Positions 28,984 to 37,702 of a stretch of DNA of 61,341 bases are shown here, piece by piece. Origin of the DNA: Flexilinea sp. (GTDB lineage: Bacteria; Chloroflexota; Anaerolineae; Anaerolineales; Anaerolineaceae); contig CAVIKW010000001.1 of NCBI GenBank assembly GCA_963643375.1, forward strand, positions 1 to 61,341, in the 5' to 3' direction. The translations under genes and the position numbers were made by a program. Under the pieces are notes generated by a model. The model saw only the letters and a program-made list of their open reading frames with translations. It was not told the origin of the DNA and searched no databases. Position 1 is the first letter of the stretch; every line of letters starts with the position of its first letter.

Positions 28984-30525
28984 TTGAGTACTAAGAATGC
29001 TGTAAAAATGGTAGATATCACGAAGACTTTCGACGTGGTGTTGGCCAACAATAAAATTTGCCTGGATATCAACTACGGCGAGATCCTGGCTCTGTTAGGT
29101 GAGAATGGCAGCGGCAAAACGACGCTGATGAATATGCTCTCCGGCATTTATGCCCCGGACAGCGGTGACATTTACGTGAACGGCAAACTCGCGGTTATCA
29201 ACGACCCGGGCGACGCGTTCCGCCTCCACATCGGTATGATCCATCAGCACTTTAAGCTGGTCGAGGTCATGACCGCCGCTGAAAACATTATCCTCGGTTT
29301 GAATGAAGGCCGGTTGGTTGACCTCAAGAATGTCCGCAGCAGAGTCAAGGATTTCTGCGACCGTTACGGATTCGTGGTTGACCCCGATAAAAAAGTCTAT
29401 GACATGTCCGTCTCCGAAAAGCAGACGTTGGAAATTGTCAAGCAGCTCTACCGCGGCGCGGATATCCTCATTCTGGATGAACCGACAGCGGTCCTGACTC
29501 CTCAGGAAACCCAGAAACTCTTTGTCGTGCTCCGCAACATGAAAGAAGACGGGAAGGCTGTTGTCATCATTACCCATAAACTGCATGAAGTTATGGATAT
29601 TTCCGACCGCGTTGTTGTCCTTCGCAAGGGCGACTATATCGGCGAACTGAAGACAAAAGAAACCAACCCGCAGGAACTGACCGATATGATGGTCGGCCAC
29701 GCGGTGAAACTGAACATTGCCCGCAGCGACGTCAAAGAACGCAGAGAATGCCTCGATGTCCGGAACCTTTCTGTCAAGGATATCTACGGTGTGACGAAAC
29801 TTGACGGCGTCTCCTTCAAAGCCTACGGCGGTGAAGTCCTCGGTATCGCGGGTATTTCCGGCTCCGGTCAGAAGGAACTGCTCGAAGCGATTGCCGGTCT
29901 GCAGAAGATTGAACCGGGCGCGAGCATTAAATATACATCGCTCAAAGACAGTGCGGAAGCCGTTGAGCTGGTTGGCTGCTCCCCGATTGACATCAAGAAT
30001 ATGGGCGTCAGCTTTGCTTACGTTCCGGAAGACCGCCTCGGTATGGGCCTCGTCGGCAACATGGACCTCGCTGAGAACATGATGCTCAAGAGCTATTCCA
30101 ACGGCAAGGGCCCGATGCTCGACTTCAAAGCCCCGACCAAGCTGGCCGAAGAAGTTGTTGAGGAGCTCGAAGTCCTCACCCCGAGCATCAAGACGCCGGT
30201 CCGCCGCCTCTCCGGCGGTAACGTCCAGAAGGTCCTGGTCGGCCGTGAAATCGCTTCCCAGCCGTCCCTGATGATGACGGCGTACGCGGTCCGCGGTCTG
30301 GATATCAACACCTCATACACGATCTACAACCTGCTGAATGAGGAAAAGGAAAAGGGCGTGGCGGTCATTTACGTCGGTGAAGACCTGGATGTTCTGCTTG
30401 AGCTTTGCGATCGTATTTTGGTGCTCTGCGCGGGTAAGGTCAGCGGTATCGTTGACGGACGTAACACCCGTAAGGAAGAAGTCGGTTTGCTGATGACCCA
30501 TCTGGGCAGCACTGAGGAGGCATAA
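28984..30525 (+). CDS. Nucleoside ABC transporter ATP-binding protein (CUT2, duplicated ATPase)
   Basis: GENGSGKTT, MIHQHF, DEPTAVLTPQE, PEDR and LSGGNVQK motifs. TTG start. Confidence 0.92.
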   Translation: MSTKNAVKMVDITKTFDVVLANNKICLDINYGEILALLGENGSGKTTLMNMLSGIYAPDSGDIYVNGKLAVINDPGDAFRLHIGMIHQHFKLVEVMTAAENIILGLNEGRLVDLKNVRSRVKDFCDRYGFVVDPDKKVYDMSVSEKQTLEIVKQLYRGADILILDEPTAVLTPQETQKLFVVLRNMKEDGKAVVIITHKLHEVMDISDRVVVLRKGDYIGELKTKETNPQELTDMMVGHAVKLNIARSDVKERRECLDVRNLSVKDIYGVTKLDGVSFKAYGGEVLGIAGISGSGQKELLEAIAGLQKIEPGASIKYTSLKDSAEAVELVGCSPIDIKNMGVSFAYVPEDRLGMGLVGNMDLAENMMLKSYSNGKGPMLDFKAPTKLAEEVVEELEVLTPSIKTPVRRLSGGNVQKVLVGREIASQPSLMMTAYAVRGLDINTSYTIYNLLNEEKEKGVAVIYVGEDLDVLLELCDRILVLCAGKVSGIVDGRNTRKEEVGLLMTHLGSTEEA

Positions 30526-31634
30526 TGAACGAGGAGAACAAAAAACAATCTTTGATCCGCATTTCCAAGCGCGGCGCTATCCCGATGTGGAAGTCGCTTG
30601 GAATCCGTTTGATCGGCCTTCTGATTGCCCTTATCATCTGCGCGCTGATCATCTTCGGCATCACGAAGCTGAACCCGCTGAAGGTCTACGGCTCCATGTG
30701 GAACGGTGCCTTCGGTACCAACAAGCGCTGTTGGGTTACCGTCCGCGACACCATGATGATGCTCTGCATCGGCCTCGGTCTGGCGCCCGCTTTCAAGATG
30801 CGCTTCTGGAACATCGGCGCTGAAGGCCAGGTTCTGGTCGGCGGTATCGCCGCGGCTGCCTGCATGCTCTATCTGCCGCAGACGATGCCGAACTGGCTCG
30901 CCCTCGTCATCATGTTCATCTGCAGCGCGATCGCCGGCGCGATCTGGGGCTTCTTCCCGGGTCTCTTCAAGGCGGTTTCCAACACGAATGAAACCCTGTT
31001 CACCCTGATGATGAACTACATCGCCATCCGCCTGACAGCGTTCTTCGTTGCCAAATGGGAAAACCCGTACGGTTCCAACACGGTCGGCATCATCAACTCC
31101 CGTTCCCGCTTCGGCTGGTTCCCGAGCATTGCCGGTCAGCAGTACCTGCTGAATGTGCTCCTGGTTGCCGTTCTGACCATCTTCATCTATATCTATCTGA
31201 AGTACACGAAGCACGGTTTTGAAATCGCGGTCGTCGGCGACAGCGAAAACACCGCCCGTTACTGCGCGATGGATGTCAAGAAGATCATCATCCGCACCAT
31301 GCTCCTCTCCGGTGCTATCTGCGGCGTCGCGGGCTTCCTCGCGGTTGCCGGTGCCGGTCACACCATTTCCACCGATACGGCGGGCGGACGCGGCTTCATC
31401 ACCATTATTGTGGCGTGGATGTCCAAGTTCAACTCCTTCGTTATGGCGATTGTCTCCCTGCTGCTGGTCTTCCTTGAAAAAGGCGCGATGCAGATCGCTT
31501 CCCAGTATCAGCTCTCGGACTACGTTTCCAACGTTGTCAAAGGCATCATCCTGATCTTCCTGCTCGGCTCTGAATTCTTTGTCAACTTCAAAGTCAATTT
31601 CCGCGGTTCCCATAATAAGGAGGTGGCGAAATGA
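30525..31634 (+). CDS. Nucleoside ABC transporter permease 1
   Basis: FWNIGAEGQ, TLMMNYIA and a GF-type EAA loop. Hydrophobic. Confidence 0.9.
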   Translation: MNEENKKQSLIRISKRGAIPMWKSLGIRLIGLLIALIICALIIFGITKLNPLKVYGSMWNGAFGTNKRCWVTVRDTMMMLCIGLGLAPAFKMRFWNIGAEGQVLVGGIAAAACMLYLPQTMPNWLALVIMFICSAIAGAIWGFFPGLFKAVSNTNETLFTLMMNYIAIRLTAFFVAKWENPYGSNTVGIINSRSRFGWFPSIAGQQYLLNVLLVAVLTIFIYIYLKYTKHGFEIAVVGDSENTARYCAMDVKKIIIRTMLLSGAICGVAGFLAVAGAGHTISTDTAGGRGFITIIVAWMSKFNSFVMAIVSLLLVFLEKGAMQIASQYQLSDYVSNVVKGIILIFLLGSEFFVNFKVNFRGSHNKEVAK

Positions 31635-32617
31635 CACAATTTATCTCACTGATTAATGCGTCTGTAGTCTTCGGTACCGTCATTCTCTTCGGTGCTGTCG
31701 GCGAAATCCTCACGGAAAAAGGCGGCAACCTGAACCTCGGCGTCCCGGGCATCATGTTCATGGGCGGTATCGCCGGCTTGATCGGCACCTTCTATTATGA
31801 ACGCGCGATGGGAGACGCGGCCAACCCGCTCCTCTGCGTAATCATCGCCATCGTCTGCGCGGTCATCGCGTCCATGCTGAGCGGCCTGCTCTTCGCCTTC
31901 ATGACGGTAACGCTTCGCTGCAACCAGAACATCATGGGCTTGGCCTTCAACATTTTCGCCAGCGGTTTCGCGAACTTCTACGGCGGTTCCCTGAACAAAC
32001 TGGCGGGCGGCGTCGGCCAGATCAATGTTCTCGTCACCAGTAAAGCGATTCGTACGCAGATCCCGTTCCTTTCGAAGATCCCGGTCGTGGGCAGCATCTT
32101 CTTCTCCTACGGCTTCCTGGCGTATGTCGCGATTCTGCTCGCCATCATCGTCCGCTGGTTCCTGAACCGCACTTCCGTCGGTTTGAACCTCCGCGCTGTC
32201 GGTGAAGATCCGGCGGCTGCCGATGCGGTCGGTATCAACGTTACGAAGTACAAGTATCTCTCCACCTGCGTCGGCGCGGCGATCTCCGGTCTCGGCGGTC
32301 TCTACTACGTCATGGACTACGTGAAGGGTACTTGGGACAGCGCCGGCTTGATCGAAGGCCTGGGCTGGCTCTCCGTCGCGCTCGTCATCTTCGCCTCCTG
32401 GCGTCCTGCCCGCGCGATCTGGGGCTCCTACCTCTTCGGTATGCTCTCCTGGATGTACTTCTACATCAGCGGCCTGACCCGCAGCTCCCAGGAGCTCTTC
32501 AAGATGCTCCCGTACCTCGCGACCCTCGGCGTTCTGATCTTCGTCTCCCTGCAGCACAAGGTCGAGAACCAGCCTCCGAAGTCGCTCGGTCTCCCGTACT
32601 TCCGCGAAGAGCGTTAG
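31631..32617 (+). CDS. Nucleoside ABC transporter permease 2
   Basis: EKGGNLNLG, LRAVGEDPAAADAVGINV and MLPY motifs. Confidence 0.9.
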   Translation: MTQFISLINASVVFGTVILFGAVGEILTEKGGNLNLGVPGIMFMGGIAGLIGTFYYERAMGDAANPLLCVIIAIVCAVIASMLSGLLFAFMTVTLRCNQNIMGLAFNIFASGFANFYGGSLNKLAGGVGQINVLVTSKAIRTQIPFLSKIPVVGSIFFSYGFLAYVAILLAIIVRWFLNRTSVGLNLRAVGEDPAAADAVGINVTKYKYLSTCVGAAISGLGGLYYVMDYVKGTWDSAGLIEGLGWLSVALVIFASWRPARAIWGSYLFGMLSWMYFYISGLTRSSQELFKMLPYLATLGVLIFVSLQHKVENQPPKSLGLPYFREER

Positions 32618-32636
32618 TCGAACGAACTTAACTATG

Positions 32637-32677
32637 AAAAAGAGTTTTGTGTCAGTAAGAGCAAAACTCTTTTTTTT
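32637..32677 (+). terminator. Intrinsic terminator
   Basis: aaaaagagttttg/caaaactcttttttt. Confidence 0.7.
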
Positions 32678-32737
32678 GATTGACGTATAATAGACAGGAA
32701 ATAATTTTTGAATACAGACTACGAAAGGAAGTATCCA

Positions 32738-33457
32738 ATGAAGAAATTTGTATTATTCACGCTCGTTGTTTTGACTTTTCTGACGGCTTCGGCCTGCTTC
32801 GCCGCGCCTTTGACCGTCGCTGTCAACCCCGACTCCGTGCCCTTCAAATATATTGACGCCAACGGCGATTTCCAAGGCATCGATCCCGACATTATCCGCG
32901 CCGTCGCTGAAGCCGAAGGCCTCGAGATCAAATTCATCCGCCAGGACTTCGATTTGATTCTGAAAAACGTCGAAAGCTGCGATGTCGACCTCGCCATCTC
33001 CGGCATTTCCTACACCGACGAACGCGCGGCGAAGATGCTCATGAGCGATCCGTACCTGACCAGCGGCCAGGCGATTTACACCATCGACGGCTCCGGCGTT
33101 GAATCCATCGCTGACGTGAAGCACCTCGGCGCCAAGGAAGGCGCGACCGGCGTGACCCACGCGGAACGCCTGCAGCTCGAAAACGACTTCGAGATCGATA
33201 CCTTCGCCGGCTATCAAGAACTGATCAACGCATTGATCGACGGTGAGGTTGATGCCATCATCGGCGACACCATTCAGGTGGACTACGCCATCGGCGGGCA
33301 TCAAAGCATCGTCAAGATCGGCGAACCGGTCTCCGAGGAACAGTATGTAATTGCTGTCTGCCCGAAGAACACGGACCTGCTTGCTCAGATCAATGACGGC
33401 CTGAAGCAGATTGAAGAGAACGGCAAGCTCGACGCGATCCTGAATCAGTATAAGTAA
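32738..33457 (+). CDS. Polar amino-acid ABC substrate-binding protein (SBP family 3)
   Basis: Signal peptide, PFKY...GID.DI, ISGISYTDER and G..DAII motifs. No cognate permease is adjacent. Confidence 0.88.
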   Translation: MKKFVLFTLVVLTFLTASACFAAPLTVAVNPDSVPFKYIDANGDFQGIDPDIIRAVAEAEGLEIKFIRQDFDLILKNVESCDVDLAISGISYTDERAAKMLMSDPYLTSGQAIYTIDGSGVESIADVKHLGAKEGATGVTHAERLQLENDFEIDTFAGYQELINALIDGEVDAIIGDTIQVDYAIGGHQSIVKIGEPVSEEQYVIAVCPKNTDLLAQINDGLKQIEENGKLDAILNQYK

Positions 33458-33473
33458 GACAAATATCACAAGC

Positions 33474-33502
33474 GCCGGCACTTCCAGGAGTGCCGGTTTT
33501 TC
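33474..33502 (+). terminator. Intrinsic terminator
   Basis: gccggcactt/gagtgccgg followed by tttttc. Confidence 0.75.
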
Positions 33503-33551
33503 ATTTATCGGCGGGGCGGATTTATGCCGATGCGGTGGGCTTCGTTGATGT

Positions 33552-33729
33552 TTCCATTGAAAAGTAGGCTGTAAATATAGGCAAGTTTTCAATGGAATAT
33601 TTACCGATGTTATTAGGCTTTATCCCGCAACGTTTGTTTCAAAAACAGGGTGTTCGTACCGATTGACTTATGTGCCTTGGCAGTTCCATTGAAAAGTAGG
33701 CTATAAATATAGCCAAGTTTTCAATGGAA
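33552..33729. repeat. Two 46-bp palindromic direct repeats (33552-33597 and 33684-33729), 86-bp spacer
   Basis: ttccattgaaaagtaggct[g/a]taaatatag[g/c]caagttttcaatggaa, 44/46 identical. Each copy has 12-bp perfect terminal inverted repeats. Confidence 0.9.
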
Positions 33730-33810
33730 AACTTACAAGCGCGCTATGGTTTTACTGTGAAAATGATTTGCCGAAGATTCGCGGCCATATTCGATGCTCC
33801 CCGGTTGTGG

Positions 33811-33852
33811 ACATAAAAAAAGAAGAAGGGTAGGAGCCTTTCTTCTTTTTTG
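33811..33852 (-). terminator. Terminator of the alpha/beta hydrolase gene
   Basis: A7-gaagaaggg/cctttcttc-T6 hairpin. Near-copy of 34757-34797. Confidence 0.75.
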
Positions 33853-33873
33853 CGTATCTCGCGGCCGCGTGCT

Positions 33874-34641
33874 TTATACGGGCATTTCCATGCAGGCGTA
33901 AATCGTCTCCAGCACGGGCTGCGTCCAGCCGTTGTCGCCGAACAGCCACTGTTCATGCTGCATGTCGAAGGCGTGAATGTCGGGGTCGTGGAAGTACTTC
34001 CTGTAGCGTTTCTCGTACTTCTCCCCCATCTTCTTGGCGTAGATGAAATGCGCCCGCGTGTGCGGCACCTGAATGTCCTCGTCCAGGCAGGTGATCAGAT
34101 CCGTGTAGTATTCGTTCAGAATCGATTCCGGCTTAAACCGCGCGAAGCACGCCATGAATTTATCCGCGGTCTCCTCACTCATCAGGAACGTCTTGACCAG
34201 GAGCTTCCGCATCGTGCTCTGTTTCCCGCTCTTCTTCGCGGCGCTCGCGAGGATCGGGTACATGAGCTTCGTCTGAATCTTCGCTGACAACACACCGGAT
34301 TGATCCAGGTCGGAGCTGCCGAAAATGCCGTGGTCGAGATGCACATTCCGACGCATGATCAGCTGGCCGACAAAACTCCCTCCGAGGGATGAACCGAGCG
34401 CGCCGTCAAGCCGGCCGCCGTGGTTCTCTTGAATGTACCGCTCAATCTTCTCCGTCACGGTGATCATATCCGGGAAAATCCGGTCCGAGCCGTCGAATCC
34501 GTCATAATTCACGCAGATCAGATGATAATGCTTCGCGAGCTCGTCCAGCACGGCGCCGAAATTCGTCTCATAATTACAGCAGGTCCCCGGCAACAGCATC
34601 AGCGTTTTACCGTTCTCCAGCCCCATCTCATCATAAATCAT
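33874..34641 (-). CDS. Alpha/beta-fold hydrolase
   Basis: LLPG oxyanion loop, YDGF, GSSLGG nucleophile elbow and a C-terminal H (MQHEQ). SD ggagg. Confidence 0.8.
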   Translation of the reverse strand: MIYDEMGLENGKTLMLLPGTCCNYETNFGAVLDELAKHYHLICVNYDGFDGSDRIFPDMITVTEKIERYIQENHGGRLDGALGSSLGGSFVGQLIMRRNVHLDHGIFGSSDLDQSGVLSAKIQTKLMYPILASAAKKSGKQSTMRKLLVKTFLMSEETADKFMACFARFKPESILNEYYTDLITCLDEDIQVPHTRAHFIYAKKMGEKYEKRYRKYFHDPDIHAFDMQHEQWLFGDNGWTQPVLETIYACMEMPV

Positions 34642-34700
34642 CTCTCAAAACCTCCAAAGACTTCGCCTGCGTTCATGAAGGTAAGTCTAATCTAACTGCT

Positions 34701-34729
34701 ATCTTATAACTTCTCACGGGGAATGTCAA
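34701..34729 (-). promoter_or_regulatory. Sigma70 promoter of the alpha/beta hydrolase gene
   Basis: Minus strand TTGACA-17 nt-TAAGAT. Confidence 0.7.
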
Positions 34730-34756
34730 GAGGGGAAAATAAAAAAGTGTCGGTCA

Positions 34757-34797
34757 ACATAAAAAAAGAAGAAAGGGGAGACCCTTTCTTCTTTTTG
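34757..34797 (-). terminator. Terminator of 34821..35393
   Basis: A7-gaagaaaggg/ccctttcttc-T5 hairpin. Confidence 0.75.
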
Positions 34798-34820
34798 ATT
34801 GTGAATGTCAGCGAAGCGGA

Positions 34821-35393
34821 TTACTCAGCGCCTTCGATGTACTGACGGTCATAGAGATCCATGATCACGATCGGAGCTTCAGATTCTTCGTCAACAGCCG
34901 CGCCGAAAGCGACAATGACATCATCGGTGGCGCCGGCGGAATAGTCATCTTCACCCAACCCGTAGGCTTCCATATCCTCGTCAATGCCGGTACCGGTGAC
35001 ATCATAGGCCTCAATCGAAGAGAGTTCGTAGGCGTCAATCAGAGTCTGGGCAATGGTTTCCAGATCCAAGCTTTCCACGTCATTGGACATGATGATAACA
35101 CCCATGTGGCGAAGCGCGTCGTCAACGAACGTATAGGTGTAGGCATCGGATTCAACTTCATCCGTATAATAACAGACGAGGACTTTGTAATTGTCTTCCT
35201 CGCCGGTTTCGCATTCGAGGTTTTCCAGGCTGCTCAGCATGTCTTCAATGGATTCGGAGGTGTCGCCCCAGCTGTTGAGCATACCGAAAGTGGTGGGATC
35301 GAAGGTGATGGCTTCTTCTTCAGCAGTCTGAGCGAAGGCGGAGGAGACGATGAGCAGCATGGCCGCGAGTACAAACAGGATGGTCTTTTTCAT
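34821..35393 (-). CDS. Secreted acidic hypothetical protein
   Basis: Signal peptide MKKTILFVLAAMLLIVSSAFA and a very D/E-rich mature region with two Cys. Confidence 0.75.
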   Translation of the reverse strand: MKKTILFVLAAMLLIVSSAFAQTAEEEAITFDPTTFGMLNSWGDTSESIEDMLSSLENLECETGEEDNYKVLVCYYTDEVESDAYTYTFVDDALRHMGVIIMSNDVESLDLETIAQTLIDAYELSSIEAYDVTGTGIDEDMEAYGLGEDDYSAGATDDVIVAFGAAVDEESEAPIVIMDLYDRQYIEGAE

Positions 35394-35610
35394 GGTTTAT
35401 TTTTCCCTTTCTTTCTTATTCCAATAAAACTTACCTATTTGATTTTAGCACACGAACAAGGCGATTGTGATAACTTTCCTTATTTTAGTGAACTAAACTC
35501 AATAATGTTCCGTCTTCGCGGGCGGATTTCTTTCGTCGGGGAGGGCGATTTTTGATATGCGGACGCGAATCGGGTATAATGAAGACAATAACTCGAACGG
35601 AGGATGATTT

Positions 35611-36462
35611 ATGCGTACTTATACATACGAAGAGTATCAGGCAGCTGCCGATGTGATCAAGAGCAAACTCGATTTCGAGCCGGAGATCGGTCTCGTATTG
35701 GGTTCCGGGCTCGGACAGCTCGCGGATGAGGTTGAAGGTATCGAACCCGGGAAAGATCCCGTGATCATCGACTACAAGGACATTCCCGGCTGGCCGATTT
35801 CAACGGTCATGGGCCACAAGGGCCGTCTGGTCATCGGCAAACTCGGCGGACGCACGGTCATCTGCCAGCAGGGCCGCAACCATTTCTATGAAGGCAACTC
35901 CATGGGTCAGTGCACTTTCGCCATCCGCGTCATGAAGCTGCTCGGCGTCAAGTCCGTGATTATGACCAACGCCGCGGGCGGTTTGAATGTCTTCTACCAT
36001 CCGGGCGATGTGATGCTCATCACCGACCATATCGCGTTCCCCGGCATGGCCGGCAACAACCCGCTGTGGGGTCCGAACATTGATGAATTCGGCCTCCGCT
36101 TCCCGGATATGTCCCAGGCCTACGACCGCGAATATATGCAGTTCGCCCGTGAAGCGGCGATGAAGCACGGCATCAAGCTGCACGAAGGCGTTTACGTCTG
36201 GCTGAGCGGCCCGTCATTCGAGACTCCGGCCGAAGTCCGCGCGCTGCGTATGTGGGGCGGCGACGCGGTCGGTATGTCCACCGCGCCCGAAGTTGTCGTT
36301 GCCCGCCACGCCGGCATGCGCGTCCTCGCTTTCTCCGGCATCACGAACAAGAACAGCGACAACGGCGAAGCGCAGACGACGCATACCGAAGTCCTTGAAT
36401 CCGCGAACATCATTGGGCCGAAGATCATTTCCATCCTGAAAGACGTCCTTCCCCGGATGTAA
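35611..36462 (+). CDS. punA: Purine-nucleoside phosphorylase (trimeric, inosine/guanosine type)
   Basis: LGSGLG, GHKG, QGRNHFYEG, TNAAGG, GPSFETPAE, VGMST.PE and ITN motifs. Confidence 0.92.
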   Translation: MRTYTYEEYQAAADVIKSKLDFEPEIGLVLGSGLGQLADEVEGIEPGKDPVIIDYKDIPGWPISTVMGHKGRLVIGKLGGRTVICQQGRNHFYEGNSMGQCTFAIRVMKLLGVKSVIMTNAAGGLNVFYHPGDVMLITDHIAFPGMAGNNPLWGPNIDEFGLRFPDMSQAYDREYMQFAREAAMKHGIKLHEGVYVWLSGPSFETPAEVRALRMWGGDAVGMSTAPEVVVARHAGMRVLAFSGITNKNSDNGEAQTTHTEVLESANIIGPKIISILKDVLPRM

Positions 36463-36486
36463 AAAAGGGAGCGCCGAGAACTTGCA

Positions 36487-36530
36487 CCTCATCCACCGCA
36501 AGCGGTCCCCCTTCCCCTCAAGGGGAAGGC
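36487..36530. repeat. REP-like double-hairpin extragenic element
   Basis: cctcatcc-accgc aa gcggt-cc-ccttcccct c aaggggaagg. Only one copy in this window. Confidence 0.5.
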
Positions 36531-36582
36531 AGATTACGCTTCGTATGTGGGGAGTGCATTTCATGCAGTGATTGAATAAAAT

Positions 36583-36612
36583 AAAAAGCTCACGCAGCGC
36601 GTGAGCTTTTTT
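36583..36612. terminator. Bidirectional terminator between punA and mtnA
   Basis: aaaaagctcacgc/gcgtgagcttttt. Confidence 0.8.
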
Positions 36613-36628
36613 GTGTTCGTGTTTGGAA

Positions 36629-37693
36629 TCAGACGACCATCTCGTACAGACCCAGGTCGGCGCCGTCGAAATAGCGGTGCAGATCGTAGGGAGAGTAGAT
36701 CCCGCGGTCGGTCACAACGCCGGAAACGAGGTGCGGCGGGGTGATGTCGAAGGACGGATACCATCCGTGAACGCCTTCCGCGGCGGTGCGGACGCCCATC
36801 GCCTGCAGCGGGAATTCGGGGTCGCGCATCTCGATATGAATGGAGGCCGCGTCCGGATGTCCGCGGTCGGGGGCGCCGGTGACAAACATCGGAACCTTCA
36901 TGTATTTCGCCACGATGGCGATTTGGTACGTGCCGACTTTGTTCACGATGTGCCCGTCCAGGCAGATCGCGTCCGCGGCGCAGGTGAAGACGTCGACGCC
37001 TTCATGCTCCATGTACCACGCCGGCATGTTATCCGTGATGACGGTCGTGTCGAAGCCCATATCGTGGGCAACGGTAGCGGTCAGGCGGGCGCCCTGGAAG
37101 TACGGACGGGTCTCCGCGCAGACGACTTTCAATCCCTTGCCGCGCTCTTTGGTGACGCGCAGCATCTGCCCGACGATGGTCTCCCCGAAGCACTGGGTGA
37201 GGACCGTGCCGTTGTTCGGGATCATGTCCACGAGGTACTCGGCGACCTTGCCGATTTTGGCGTAGCGCTTGTTGTTCGTCTCTACAGCATGATCGCGGAT
37301 GGCTTCGGGAACCGGGATGCCGGCTTCGAGCGCCTTCTTGGCGGCTTCGAGGCAGCCTTCCGTGATGGCCTGCATTCGCTTGACCGTGGTGGGGCGGGCG
37401 TGGCTGATCGTGTCGGAGGCTTTCTCCAGATAGGCGATCTGCTCGTCCTTGCCCTTGTCCCTGCATTCATAGGCGGCGAGAGCCATGCCCATGGCGGCAG
37501 CGGTGAACGGTCCCGCGGACTGGGTCACCATGTCGCGGATGGCCTGCATCACTTCCACGTGCGTCTTGCAATGAACGAAGGCCACCGTGGTCGGGTAGAC
37601 GCGGCGGTCCAAAATGCGCACATCGCCGTCTTCGTACCAGGCGACATTCTCATACTGCAGCATAAAAGCCAGATTCTTATCCTGCCGTTCCAT
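36629..37693 (-). CDS. mtnA: Methylthioribose-1-phosphate isomerase (eIF2B-like)
   Basis: ILDRR, ARPTT, LTQC, ETRPYFQGARLT, AAD, NKVGTY and FDITPPHLVSGVVT motifs. Confidence 0.9.
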   Translation of the reverse strand: MERQDKNLAFMLQYENVAWYEDGDVRILDRRVYPTTVAFVHCKTHVEVMQAIRDMVTQSAGPFTAAAMGMALAAYECRDKGKDEQIAYLEKASDTISHARPTTVKRMQAITEGCLEAAKKALEAGIPVPEAIRDHAVETNNKRYAKIGKVAEYLVDMIPNNGTVLTQCFGETIVGQMLRVTKERGKGLKVVCAETRPYFQGARLTATVAHDMGFDTTVITDNMPAWYMEHEGVDVFTCAADAICLDGHIVNKVGTYQIAIVAKYMKVPMFVTGAPDRGHPDAASIHIEMRDPEFPLQAMGVRTAAEGVHGWYPSFDITPPHLVSGVVTDRGIYSPYDLHRYFDGADLGLYEMVV

Positions 37694-37702
37694 AGCGCTC
37701 CC

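Noticed and set aside
33552..33729. CRISPR array
   Set aside because: Only two repeats, an 86-bp spacer and no cas genes or tracr-like anti-repeat seen. Kept as an unexplained repeat instead.
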